Under the pieces are notes generated by a model that saw only the letters and a list, made by a program, of their open reading frames with translations, did no database searches and had not been told where the DNA came from. Source: Eukaryota sp. GEM-RC1 (taxonomy: Eukaryota). From it: a DNA stretch of 64,000 nt. The translations under genes and the position numbers were made by a program. The DNA lies in contig JAUFOQ010000006.1 of NCBI GenBank assembly GCA_040285855.1, forward strand, positions 372,001 to 436,000. Reading direction: 5' to 3'. Each line of letters opens with the position of its first letter. Positions within the stretch are counted from its first letter, which is position 1. Positions 1 to 10,811 of this stretch are shown one piece after another.

Positions 1-23
1 GATTTTTTAAAAAAAGGCTAGAT

Positions 24-1019
24 TTATTCGGATTCAGATTGTTCTTCGTTCGATAAAGTGTTAATTTCATCAATAAGTAATTGAACTTCTTCTTCAAGCT
101 GATCTTCCCCATCACAATGAAAATTTTCCAAAAATTTAATAAGCCTCTGAGAATTTCTGGACAAAACATTTGAAATATCATCGGGCTTATTCGGATTCGC
201 AACAAAAATTTTAAATACATGAAATGCCTCATATTGAATATTGCGACTTCTATTCAACAACAAATTCATGATTATCCGTAAGTTACTCAACTGGCCAATA
301 AACTTTGTCATTATAGAAAAGGAAGATCGATCAAGAAGAAGTTCTGCTAATAAACGAAGAGAAGATCGTCGAATTACATAATTTTCAGCTAATATTAAAT
401 CATTAAAACCAGTAAAGAAAGCTTCATAATTCTCAGTCAAAAAACGGGCAGTAACGTCCTTATGTGAGGTCAGCAACGAATGAAGAGTAGCAAAAGCATC
501 GGAAGAGATGTCAAAAGATTCAATGTTGACGTAGCGGAAGAAGAGGGTGACTGAAGAAAGAGTCAGGAGATGCTCACAAATGTAAGCGGAACGTTCTATG
601 GCCTCTCTGATGAAGGTACCACAATGGAGGGCAAGAGAAGAGTCTTGATAGTGTTGGAGAAGTAGAGAGAGGTAGTGAGGGTGGTTGACAAAGTGTTGCA
701 CGAAGCCTGTATGGCCAAGAAGGTGAGTGAAGCATGCCATTATATCCTTACGGGCTTCAAAACCGAAACGAGGATAAGCAACAAGTATTCTGCGGACTAG
801 GTTGTATTGAAGAAGGGCGGCCACGGTTTCATCATCAACTGAGTCTCGCTGAGACTGTTCCAGGTTGTAGAGTCTGTCCTTGAGGTTAAGGCAGTACTTG
901 TCAACGTCAGGAAGTCGCTGAATGAAAGCTTCTTCATCATTTTCGTCTAAAAGGTCCAAAACATCAGCCAAGCGTTTAATGTAGTCACTTGCAGTCTTTC
1001 GCTTGGAGAAGATGGGCAT
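24..1019 (-). CDS. MO25: MO25/CAB39-like calcium-binding scaffold protein
   Basis: Intact 331-aa ORF with MO25 motifs FEARKD, FDISSDAFATL, NYVIRRSSLRLLAELLLDR and IQYEAFHVFKIFVANPNKP. Confidence 0.95.
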   Translation of the reverse strand: MPIFSKRKTASDYIKRLADVLDLLDENDEEAFIQRLPDVDKYCLNLKDRLYNLEQSQRDSVDDETVAALLQYNLVRRILVAYPRFGFEARKDIMACFTHLLGHTGFVQHFVNHPHYLSLLLQHYQDSSLALHCGTFIREAIERSAYICEHLLTLSSVTLFFRYVNIESFDISSDAFATLHSLLTSHKDVTARFLTENYEAFFTGFNDLILAENYVIRRSSLRLLAELLLDRSSFSIMTKFIGQLSNLRIIMNLLLNRSRNIQYEAFHVFKIFVANPNKPDDISNVLSRNSQRLIKFLENFHCDGEDQLEEEVQLLIDEINTLSNEEQSESE

Positions 1020-1548
1020 AACAAATCGATGAGAAGAATGTTAGAAAAAACGGCCAAGGCAATTCACGTTGTCAATCACTTCCTTTTTGTTACAAGTCGT
1101 TAGCAGTGCATACTATACACAGTTTGTATTGCATGCTGTACATAGTTGCTTTCCGTTTTAAATTAAAACATATTACGACGTTTAATAGACATGTTCGTAA
1201 AACCACTCTTCTAAATCTACGTGTTCAATATCTGAAACTCGCAAAAGTGGTGAGATTTGTTTGTGAAGTGAAGCGCTGACATTAATCAGGCAATACACGT
1301 ACACAGCTGTACTTTTACAATCATTCCGTAAACAACTCTTCGAAAAATGAAACCATTTATGTACATGTACAATCATAATGAACATCCACATCTTGACAAC
1401 ATGTTATATAAAGGTCAAGGGAGATCGAGCCCTCAACAGTTTTCAGCAAAGGAAAAGTTATGAGAAACAGACAAAACACAACTCCACACACAGAGCAGAG
1501 ATCATAAAATACAAAGAAAAGAGAATCAACAATGAAACCGGACGATGC

Positions 1549-2016
1549 TTATATATCAGCAAACTCATCATCCTCATCATCTGATTTAGTTTCCAGAGAA
1601 GCAGCACTAAGTACCGGGAGAGGTTGCGACGAAGCCATAGCTGAGCTTTTGGCAGCTTCTTCAAACATTTTTCGTTGTTCCTCCAAAAGATCTTGTGGAT
1701 TACCAACAAGTTTAGTGGTTTTCTTTTTGGGTCGTGTTAACTCATGTTGTTTGTACTGTTCAAGAGACTCCTTACACTTATCCACGTAATCTGAGTAGCC
1801 AAGTTCAATTAGAGCATCGAAAACGTGATAAGGAGCAATTGTTTTTTTAAATTCTTGTAGACAGAGCTCATTAGCCTTAGCAGCAAGAAGATTTACGAAA
1901 TCGGAAGATCCATTGACAACAATATCTTTGACATCTTGAGAAATGCGCATCTTTGAAGGGATTGCATCTTTAATGACTTTTTGAACAGTAGCTCGCGGCA
2001 GATTTGTATCAGACAT
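1549..2016 (-). CDS. DR1: NC2 beta / DR1 histone-fold transcription cofactor
   Basis: LPRATVQKVIKD, ANELCLQEFKKTIAPYHVFDALIELGY and LLEEQRKMFEEA match the DR1/NCB2 pattern. ATG at 2016 preferred over the TTG at 2040. Confidence 0.88.
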   Translation of the reverse strand: MSDTNLPRATVQKVIKDAIPSKMRISQDVKDIVVNGSSDFVNLLAAKANELCLQEFKKTIAPYHVFDALIELGYSDYVDKCKESLEQYKQHELTRPKKKTTKLVGNPQDLLEEQRKMFEEAAKSSAMASSQPLPVLSAASLETKSDDEDDEFADI

Positions 2017-2118
2017 AAGTAAACAGAAAGCAAAGGTCAAGAAAATATCGTGATGAACGTTTTTCCTTCAACATTCTGTCAGAAATTGTTCTCTTGTTTC
2101 TAACGATCTTAGTTTACC

Positions 2119-2535
2119 ATGATTTCGATTCGTCTTGCTGAGACTGATGACGACGTGTCCCAAGCTTATGCTATTCGTTTCGATGTGTTTGTGGATGAAC
2201 AGAAAGTTCCAAAAGAATTGGAGCTGGATGAGCATGATGCTGGTGCAAGACACTATTTGCTATTTGATGATTCTAAATGTATAGGAACTGCTCGTCTAGT
2301 TAATGGTTATAAAGTTGGTCGTTTTGCCATCTTGAAAGCCTTTAGACGACAAGGTTATGGTTTTAAATTACTTTCCTACATCATCAACGATGCTCGCAAT
2401 CTTGGGTGTAAATGTCTTGAACTCAATGCACAGTTAACATCAATTAGATTCTACAACAGTCTTGGTTTTAAAGAAGAAGGGGAAATATTTGATGATGCTG
2501 GAATAGACCACAAGTTAATGAAGCTTTTCTTGTAG
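2119..2535 (+). CDS. GNAT acetyltransferase, ElaA/YjcF-like
   Basis: IRFDVFVDEQKVP, ELDEHD, GTARL, VGRFAILKAFRRQGYG (acetyl-CoA motif A), LNAQ, FYNSLGF, DAGIDH. Confidence 0.88.
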   Translation: MISIRLAETDDDVSQAYAIRFDVFVDEQKVPKELELDEHDAGARHYLLFDDSKCIGTARLVNGYKVGRFAILKAFRRQGYGFKLLSYIINDARNLGCKCLELNAQLTSIRFYNSLGFKEEGEIFDDAGIDHKLMKLFL

Positions 2536-2709
2536 GTCGCAACAACAAAAGTGAAGTTATGATTTTGATTATTTTTTTAAAAAATTTGGTTTAGTCATTT
2601 TCATCCCAATTGATGTACATCACATTTATATGATAAAACTGGTATATTTTTTATTTATACATATAATTCGGTCTGTTATTGACTCTTCTGGTCGTTTGAC
2701 ATTTGAAGA

Positions 2710-2822
2710 GGGTTTAACGGTTAAGCCCACCCACGCAGTGGAAGCCAGTCACGTAATACAAGTCCCATTAAAGAGGGGACTTATACAATTAAGCCCAGGG
2801 TAGTTTACTCTAGGGCTCAACA
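2710..2822. other. GC-richer four-hairpin element, candidate structured RNA
   Basis: Hairpins GGGTTTAA/TTAAGCCC (2710-2728), CCAC/GTGG (2731-2741), AAGTCCC/GGGACTT (2760-2782) and AGCCC-AGGGTA/TACTCT-GGGCT (2792-2817) in AT-rich intergenic DNA. Confidence 0.35.
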
Positions 2823-2977
2823 AGTGTTATAGAGTAGTCACGAGATCTATGTCACAACGTCAAGACTTCTCATCTAATATTAACAACTTTGATTGCAACT
2901 GAAGCATTCAAAGTGGTAGATAGTTGGGGAACTTCAAGTCTGTGGTGGCACGGTTAGACGATTTTCAACTAACTAAC

Positions 2978-4144
2978 TCAACTAAGAACGGAATGATTAT
3001 CCAGACAAAAACGTGTAGCCGTCTCATTGGCTTTTGAAGTTTTTACTAAAGCTCTACCAGCTTCACCTATACAAGAGTTGTCACATAGATCAACAGTTGT
3101 AACAGTGGTGTTGATTTGTAATGCTTCCACCAACGCTTTAACCCCGTTATCTCCAATTAAGTTAGATTTCAAACCAATAGTTGTTAATGTAGTATTAACT
3201 TTTAAAGTCTCTGCAAATGCTGCAGCACCTTCATCTCCAACAGAGTTTACACACAAATACAAAACCTTCACTGTGGTATTAACTTTTAAAGACTCTGCCA
3301 ATGTTGCAGCACCTTCAGGTCCAATGGCATTTAGACACAAATTAATACTTGTCAATTTAGAGTTAACTTTTAAAGCTCCTGCCAATGCCTTAACAGCTTC
3401 ATCTCCCATAAAGTTCCGCATGAGATTGAGAACTGTCAATGTATCATTGATTTTCAACAGATCGAACAGATTTTCTGGTGGAAAAGAAGAAAACAGTAAA
3501 TGAAGTTCCCGAAGGAAAGGAAACAACAATGGAGAAGACATGTTAAGGAACTCACAGTCATTGTGATAATCCAAACGCATCATCAACCCTGAGACGATAT
3601 GCGAACAAGACAAAAACTCTGAAGCTTGGAAAATGCCACCTACCTGCAAGAAAACAGACTGAACTTCTGCTTCAAAAAGACCAGCAAGTGAGTAGAATTG
3701 AGGAAGGTCTATGGATACCACATGAAAGGAGTTTGTTTCTAAGAACATCTTAACTGCTAGCATAGCTGAATCATAAAAACGATTACTAACATAACCGATA
3801 TCGATTATGAATGTAGGTAATTCATGTTGTAAAGTAAGGAGAGGATTACGAGGTTCATCATGATTGACACCGAGAGAAGACTTCAATAGACGTTTTAGTA
3901 GGTGAAGATGAATCAGAATCAGCAAGGACTGTTGAAGATGCAGGCAATCTGCTCCTCTTGGAAGGTTCTCCGTGACAGTTTGTGGGGAAACTGAAAGATG
4001 TCCATAATGGGAGGGAATTGGGTGTCTAATGGAGAGTGAACATTGATCACATTGATCTTGTGATGATCTTCCATCGGTACCTGGTAAGTTCTGAGACTCT
4101 CTTGTGAGTAGATTCAGAACGAAACGTTTTGCTGCAGTGAACAT
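2978..4144 (-). CDS. Leucine-rich repeat protein (RI/NLRC3-like 28-aa repeats)
   Basis: C-terminal tandem repeats of the form LxxNxTLxxLxLxxNxIGDEGAxALAxAL. The start may be disturbed by the LTR element inserted 10 bp upstream. Confidence 0.85.
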   Translation of the reverse strand: MFTAAKRFVLNLLTRESQNLPGTDGRSSQDQCDQCSLSIRHPIPSHYGHLSVSPQTVTENLPRGADCLHLQQSLLILIHLHLLKRLLKSSLGVNHDEPRNPLLTLQHELPTFIIDIGYVSNRFYDSAMLAVKMFLETNSFHVVSIDLPQFYSLAGLFEAEVQSVFLQVGGIFQASEFLSCSHIVSGLMMRLDYHNDCEFLNMSSPLLFPFLRELHLLFSSFPPENLFDLLKINDTLTVLNLMRNFMGDEAVKALAGALKVNSKLTSINLCLNAIGPEGAATLAESLKVNTTVKVLYLCVNSVGDEGAAAFAETLKVNTTLTTIGLKSNLIGDNGVKALVEALQINTTVTTVDLCDNSCIGEAGRALVKTSKANETATRFCLDNHSVLS

Positions 4145-4154
4145 ATGATATATC

Positions 4155-4329
4155 TGTTGGGCTTAGGTACTATGTAAGAGAGTAAAGTGAATTTATTATG
4201 GAAAAATGTCAAAAACACTAATATCAAATTCCATTTGAGTGGTTATGAAATATAGATTTGGGACATGAGTGTTTTTGAATTTTACCCATTTATTATACAA
4301 TTCAGTCCTGATGAGTCATTACACTAACA
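4155..4329 (-). repeat. 3' LTR (78 bp plus a 97-bp MITE insertion)
   Basis: Matches 10510-10587 with 3 substitutions once 4200-4296 is removed. Confidence 0.92.
4200..4287. mobile_element. 88-bp MULE-type MITE inside the 3' LTR
   Basis: 9-bp TSD ATTTATTAT (4191-4199, 4288-4296). Imperfect TIRs GGAAAAATGTCAAAAACACT and GGGTAAAATTCAAAAACACT. Absent from the other LTR. Confidence 0.9.
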
Positions 4330-7300
4330 TTACTTCTTCTCCTTTCTCGAGGACCTAGTCCTCTTGGCAGGTGGAGTAGTGTGAATGACAGAATTAGGAG
4401 TGTTACTAGGGATCGCTTTTCTATTACGCGTACTTCTAGGTTTAGATTTGGGTTTAGATTTGGATTTGGCGTGAGGATTTAGTTTAATAAAACTTGAGTA
4501 AGCCTTAGTGTTCTTAACCAGACTTAGAGGTTCCTCAGTAGTGTCGCCGTCAAACCATACGACGGAACATATGGGACCTGTAGGTGAATCACGTTGATCA
4601 AGGATCTCGATGACGACCATCTCTTCAGAGTCACAAGATGCTACTGCTTTGTGGAACTCATCAGAGGAGGGTTTGTCGGAAAGGTACTTGGTGCATAGAT
4701 GGATGCTGGAGCGGAAACGATGTCCGGTGACAAAGTTCTGCAGTTCAAGTGAGCTTTTGGAAGGTATATCAATGACGAGGTACGGTCCCTCTTGTTTGCC
4801 ATGAAGCTTCTTAGCGGCTTTGTTACTTCGTAGTACTAAGTCCGCGATAGCAAATAGCGAGGGTGTATCGACTGTAGTAATGTAAGATTTGATAGATGAT
4901 TGGGTGGTTTCTGCTTCTTCCCGTTTTTTTCAAAATTCTTGTTAATTTTGATTGGTAATCAGCTAGAAAGGAATCTTCTGAAATCTTGTTCTGAGTGAGA
5001 CAAGAGATGATTTTACTTGGATCACTACCAGGGTTGGTGTTAGATCCAAACATCAGTTCGTACGGTGTAAAGCCGGTAACTCTACTCTTCGTAGTGTTTA
5101 CCAGCAGTTGTACTAGTGGGATGTATTGACTCCAGTTGTCATAGTCATTGAAGTCTATGAGCATCTTTCGTAAAGCTTGTAGAATGTCTCTGTGTCGACG
5201 TTCAACTAAACCGTTGCTAGGGGAGAAACTAGGTATAGATTTATTAGTTGTGATGTCAATTTGCTTGCAGACGTCATTGAAAACGTGATTAGCAAATTCT
5301 TTGCCATTATTACTGTGAATGAGATTTGGAATGCCGAAGATGGCGCAAACGTTACACACTAACGAATATGCTGTCTCATGAGCATTCGGTTCCTTTAGTG
5401 GACATAAGATTGTGAATCTGGTAAAGGAATCTATGAACACTAGTAAGTAAATGTTTCCCGATGTGTCAGTGGGAAGTGGTCCTATAGTGTCGACGTTCAT
5501 CTTTGCAAATGGTTTGTCGAACCATAAATTACCTGAAGATTTGATAGTTGTTTTGGCAAAGGGAGCTGTCTTTTGACAAGCTGGACAATGCCTGCAGTGA
5601 GTTTTTATATCGTTGATCATGCTGGGCCAGAAGTAGTCACTAGATTTTAGCCGATCAATGCTATCTTTAATGTTAGGGTGACCTGCATGTGGAAAACCGT
5701 GTAAGTGGTTCAAGGTGGTTTTCACCAAGGCACTTGGTATCAAGATCTTGTTGTTGCTATTCATGTATAGCTGGAACTCTTCATTGAACCAAGTAGACGG
5801 ATGTTGGAACAATGGATCGTTATTTTTGATGGCTTCTACTTGTGTAGAGCGTACTTTCGAAAGCCAAGCATCGAATAACTTCGATTTGTTTATCAGAGCA
5901 TCGTCAATCATGTTGATCGACTCTGTTGATAAAGTTTGATATTCTGTATCCTCATCAGTAGGACATAGGCTATCAGTTATAGAGAACAAATGCTCTGGGC
6001 AATTTGTGACTATGTTGTTTATAGACCCTGTTGGGACGTCTTTGATAACGTTGTGTGACATCATATCAGCCCAATGGTTGTCTTCGCCACTGGTGTGGAC
6101 TATAGTGAATAGGTATTCACTGAGAATAGGGATCCATCTTTTGACCATCCTATTCTTTTCAGGTGCTGAGATTAAGTAAGCGAGGTTCTTATGATCAGTG
6201 AAGATCGTTAGTTCCCTGCTGATAAGGTACGACGACAGTTGGGATTCGGTTAGAATCAGGAGAATAGCTTACAATTCCTTTTGGATTGTGGCCCAGTTCT
6301 GTTGAGAGTCAGTGAGTAGTTTGCTGTAGAATGCTAGTGGTTCTACTTTGCGTTTGTTCAGTGGAGTTCCCTCAGGTGAATGAGGAGTGCATTCCAACCA
6401 GACAACACCACCTACGGCGATGTCGCTGGCATCTGCGCTGATCAGTATACGTCTGTCTTTGTCTGGTAGACATAGGGGCCTGTGATTGATTATCCTCTTT
6501 TGATCTCATCAAAATTTGATTGAAGTTGAGGTGTCCAGTGAACTGTTCGTGCTTTGTTCTTTACTAGGGCTATTATGTGAGCTAGTAAGTCAGATGCATC
6601 TGCTATGATATCTTTAATGTATTTGACAGAGCCGACGAAACTTCGAACTTCTTTGATGGTGGTCGGTGTTGGTATGTTTACCAGAGCTTCTACACGTTTT
6701 GAATCGATTCGACGAGTGTTGTCGATGTATTCGCAACCTAAGATGGTTATAGGATGATTCTTTGTTATGAACTTGCACTTGTGTAAACCAAGGTTGACTC
6801 TATAAAGCTGAGCTCTCTCAAGAACGAATTTTATTCTAGATATGTATTCATCAAAAGTCTTAGCGACTATGATGATGTCATCGATGTAAATGAATATACC
6901 TTCGTGGTCGTAAATATCCATCATCAAGTTTTGAAAGATTGCAGGTACGTTCTTTAGGCCAAAACAAGCTCGTTTAAATCGAATGGTCAGGCCATGGATG
7001 ACTAGAGTTGTCTTGTCACGTTCGTGATCCGCAGATTCAGTTGCCAAAATGCTTTTGGCAGATCGAGAGTGGCTATGTAATTAGCTTCACTCAGAAATTC
7101 TTGTATGTCTGCGATTCTCGGTAGATTCGGTTCGACAACTTTAGTAAGTTCATTGACTCCTCCAGTATCACTGAAGTCACCAGTAAGTCTAGGCTTACGA
7201 TGATCGGGGTAGACTACAAGTACTACCGGGGAGCTGAATTTTCCGTTGGGTTCAGTATACTCAGCGTATCCCAGACGTAGTAGTTCATGAAAAGTTGCTT

Positions 7301-9442
7301 CGGCTATCCTTTGTTTAACTGGATTAAGCCTCCGAGGTTTTCGTTTCACCGTGGACTCTTCGTCGTAGAAGTCGATTGTCATCGGTGGACAATCGATGCC
7401 ATCTTTGTGTGGAACGGAATCGAAGATAACTGAGAACTCATTGAGTAGGTTCAGTAAACGATTGGTTCTATCATCGTCATCTAATTTGATTGAACAGCCG
7501 GAATCATAAACAAATTTATTGAAATCTATATTGTCTATAATCGAAAGGCTATTGGGCATAGATATGTTTGAGTCGAACTCTGACTCGTCGTTGCTATGAG
7601 CTAACATAGTCTGTTGAACCGGGATGATTAGTCCCTCTTCAGTCAGTAAACGTAACTGCTTCATGAGATCAATACCTAACAAACATTTGTTGGATCCAGG
7701 GATGATAGGTAGAGTCTTCGTCACAGATGTTAGGTGTGTCACCTTACTGAACTTGAAGGTCAAGATCCCTTGGGCGCTACCCAGTGAGTGAGATCTGATG
7801 TTGTTTGCAGATGTGAATGGTACGTTCTTGTTAATAAACTTGATTGAACATCTATCGACCAGGTCTTGTGCGATTACGGACATTGATGGTCCACTGTCCC
7901 AAAGACTCTGAATCGAAACACCATTGATAGTCAGACTGCAGCTGAGGAATGGTGGTGGACCCTGGTGATCGATTATGCTGAATATTGAATTCAGGCTTAG
8001 TGAGTTCGTACCACTCGAACTACTGATGTTGTGGAGTATATTTATGTATGGATTATGTGAATCCGACGATGATGTGTTATCATTGTGAATGGTATTTATC
8101 GATTGAACAAAATACTTACTAGATTTATTGTGTTTACGCGAACTATGACTACGAGTGGGAGGTTTTTTTGCCTCAGATCGTGGAAGACGTTGATCCGCGG
8201 GGAGCTCGCTTCTACGACAGTCAGGATGATTACAAAGGTTTATCTTGTGATCCGGGGAGTCGCAGAAGCTACAGCAGTTATCATCTTTGGAAGGTCTATC
8301 AGATGAGTTTGAGCGATGCTTCTTTTTGAAAGGAGGGGCTGCGTTGTGAGGGTTCTTTGAAGATGATTTAGACTTCAAATTTCCTGGGGCGAAAATTTTG
8401 GATGCTGAGCGTTGGATTGCTTTTCGGATGTCGTTCCAGGAATCCTTGTCTCTGTGCATGAGAATTTCCACATTCTTTTGTTCGAGTTGAACATGTGTGG
8501 GACCGTTTGTCCATTTCTTGCACCATTGTTAATAGTGTTCGAGTATTATTGAAAAGAAGGAGTGTGAATCCTTGGAGTCTCTCCATTTGGGCCAGAGTTC
8601 TAGGTAGAGGGAGGCGAGACCGATATTAGTCAAAAGAGCTTTGATGATGGTTCTTTCGTCCAGCATCGTGTAGGAAGGTTCTGAGGGGGATTTAATCAGT
8701 GTACTTCGGTTAAGCACTTTATCAAATCGTTTGATGAAGTCGAGCCATCTTTGTTCGTAATCTTGGATCGACCAGTTCATCTGAACTTCGTTTAGTTTGT
8801 TTCTTGCGGTCAAGATGTCTTTACACTGGGTTCTTAAGATGATCTGTCGGAAGAGTTCATCATTGGAAGTCGTTGCTGTACCTAAATAGTTCATCTGTTG
8901 TTGAACCGGGTAAGCAACAAGTCGAGACACCTGGCTTCTTTGGCAGCAATCCTACCAATGTCGAAAAATTATTTGGGATATCCGAGTGGTGTGGATGCTG
9001 GTAGTGTATAGTCCTTCTGGGCGGTACAGAAGCTCATGTAATCAGCAATCCAATCAAGGATTACATCCACGTCATACAGACTGTGAAGTGATTTCGGTTT
9101 CATCAACTTAATCAAGTCACTGGAGGAGTCAGTGGGTAACCGTTCAGCGAATTTAAGTACTGAGTACGGTGTGATTACGTCAGTGTTGGGACTGTTGGAG
9201 CTGGAATAAGTTGGAGTAACCGGTTCAGGTGAGACTGATAGGGCTCCAACTCTAGTAGCAGTGTGGTCCTCTTCCAGCATGTGGTCATGTGGAAGTTCGT
9301 TGGGAAGTGGGGTGATCGGTGCGTGGGGTTTTCTTGCAAAAACAAATCCGCCGGGCACATAAGGAGTATTAGCTACCAAGGGAGAAACGGTATCCGCGGA
9401 GTTGGTATTTACAGTGGGTTTTCTATGAAAGAAGCTGTTCAC
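4330..9442 (-). pseudogene. gag-pol of the gypsy element, fragmented
   Basis: Gag CCHC knuckle CSFCDSPDHKINLC; protease WDSG; RT LDLPKAFWQ and YIDDII; RNase H ADASDIAVGG; integrase HAGH..CPAC, VDTIGP, SNNGKEF (second catalytic Asp reads Asn), NGLVERRH; GPY motif; chromodomain IEILDQR..VVWFDGDTTEEP. Several frameshifts and stops. Confidence 0.9.
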
Positions 9443-9910
9443 AGTGGCGTATCTTTCGAGGTTGTCTACTTGTTTTCGATCGCTTCTACTTGATCTTTAG
9501 GAAGTGGATTCCGTAGGAGGTTGTAAGCTTGTTCCACGGTAACGAGAGAGTTTGGACGAGTTTTATCCATTATAAAGCCCATCAATCTGTCGTTACAGTC
9601 ATGGAGGTACGAAACCTCAGGGTCGAGGGGGATATATCCGTTAGCTTTGCGTTGCCAATACCTTTTTAGTGTTCTGGCTGGTTTAAGTAGATACTGGTAT
9701 GTCTCTACAAAACCGTATGACTCAGTATTGTTTACTGATTGTCTTTGAAAGTGACTCCATTGATCTTTATCAATAGAACCAAACATCTTCACATCGGTAT
9801 TCCATAGCTCTCTCCAGGGACTCTTAGCGTGTAGAAGTGGAGGTGCTGGTGGATCTTTAGACGGCATTACGAAACCTAACGGTGTAGGGGGGTAATTTCG
9901 GCATAAAGGG

Positions 9911-10529
9911 TTACGGTGTCCTAATAGGAGGTGTAGATCTCTGTACTATTGGGATGGGCGGAGGGGTTACCGGAGGTCGATAAGTCCATCCAACAGATGG
10001 ATTTGACTCAGAAGCGGGTGTTCTGTTGGGGTTTTCGTCAACATTGGAGGATGGTTCCTCGTTTTCATTAACGTTGGAGGAAGGTTCCTCGTTTTCATCA
10101 ACACTGGAGGAAGGTTCCTCGTTTTCATCAACATTGGAGGATGGTTCCTCGTTTATAGTTATATTGGGGGATGGATCCTCATTTGGGTTTTCGATAGAGG
10201 ATGGTTTCTCATTCGAAGTTCCATTAGAAGAAGGTTCTTCATCCGAAACAATGTCATAGTCAACAGTGTCATCCCAGGGGAGTTCATCTGGACCAAGTTT
10301 CTTCACGGTGGAAGACTTGGAAGAAGCCAGGACGGAACTGGAATCTTCACCTAGGACGGAACTAGGGTTTTGTTTAGAGTCCAGGTCGGAACTGAACTGT
10401 GGATTATCACCTAGGTCGGAACTAGGGTTTGGGTTAGTTTTGTTTCCAGGAGTGAAGTTCTCCGGAGTACATACACGTTGTAACTCTTTGCAGAGGCCAC
10501 AATAATTATTGTTGGTCTTAGGTACCATG
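9911..10529 (-). CDS. Extra 5' ORF of the gypsy element, acidic/Pro-rich with tandem repeats
   Basis: Open frame whose ATG lies inside the 5' LTR. 10-aa repeats NEEPSSNVDE and 12-aa NPSSDLGD-type repeats. No recognisable domain. Confidence 0.5.
10037..10240. repeat. 30-bp tandem repeat (about 6 degenerate copies)
   Basis: Unit approximately TCAACATTGGAGGATGGTTCCTCGTTTTCA, in frame with the 9911-10529 ORF. Confidence 0.85.
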
Positions 10530-10587
10530 TAAGAGAGGAAAGTGAATTTATTATACAATTCAGTCCTGATGAGTCATTACACTAACA
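10510..10587 (-). repeat. 5' LTR, 78 bp
   Basis: TGTTGG...CTAACA on the + strand; direct repeat of the 4155-4329 LTR. Confidence 0.92.
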
Positions 10588-10811
10588 TATCGATTTCAAA
10601 AAATCGAAAATAGGAGGACGAACGTTTTCTTACTTTCAAATCACAGATTTTTGTGATGTGATTGTTGTGATACTACAAAATTGTGAGTATTTTGTGAGTA
10701 TTCAATTTTTAAGATTTTACAATACCATGTGTTTTCACTATCATATACAGATATGTTGTTAAGTACATACTGAAGTTGGGAAATACACCACAACATAAAA
10801 TCAAATACACT

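Larger units (their letters stand above)
4155..10587 (-). mobile_element. Full-length Ty3/gypsy chromodomain LTR retrotransposon (degenerate)
   Basis: TG..CA LTRs at 4155-4329 and 10510-10587. 4-bp TSD TATC (4151-4154, 10588-10591). Purine tract AGAAAGGAGAAGAAG next to the 3' LTR. Domain order gag-PR-RT-RH-IN-chromodomain. Confidence 0.95.

Noticed and set aside
3027..3503. Antisense ORFs opposite real genes (also 10026-10505, 60316-60522 and others)
   Set aside because: Shadow frames of repetitive or biased coding sequence on the other strand.
10560..10625. Hammerhead ribozyme core CTGATGAG in the LTR (also near 4308 and 42297)
   Set aside because: No stem II closing onto a GAAA. The nearest GAAA lies outside the LTR, and the motif is antisense to the element.
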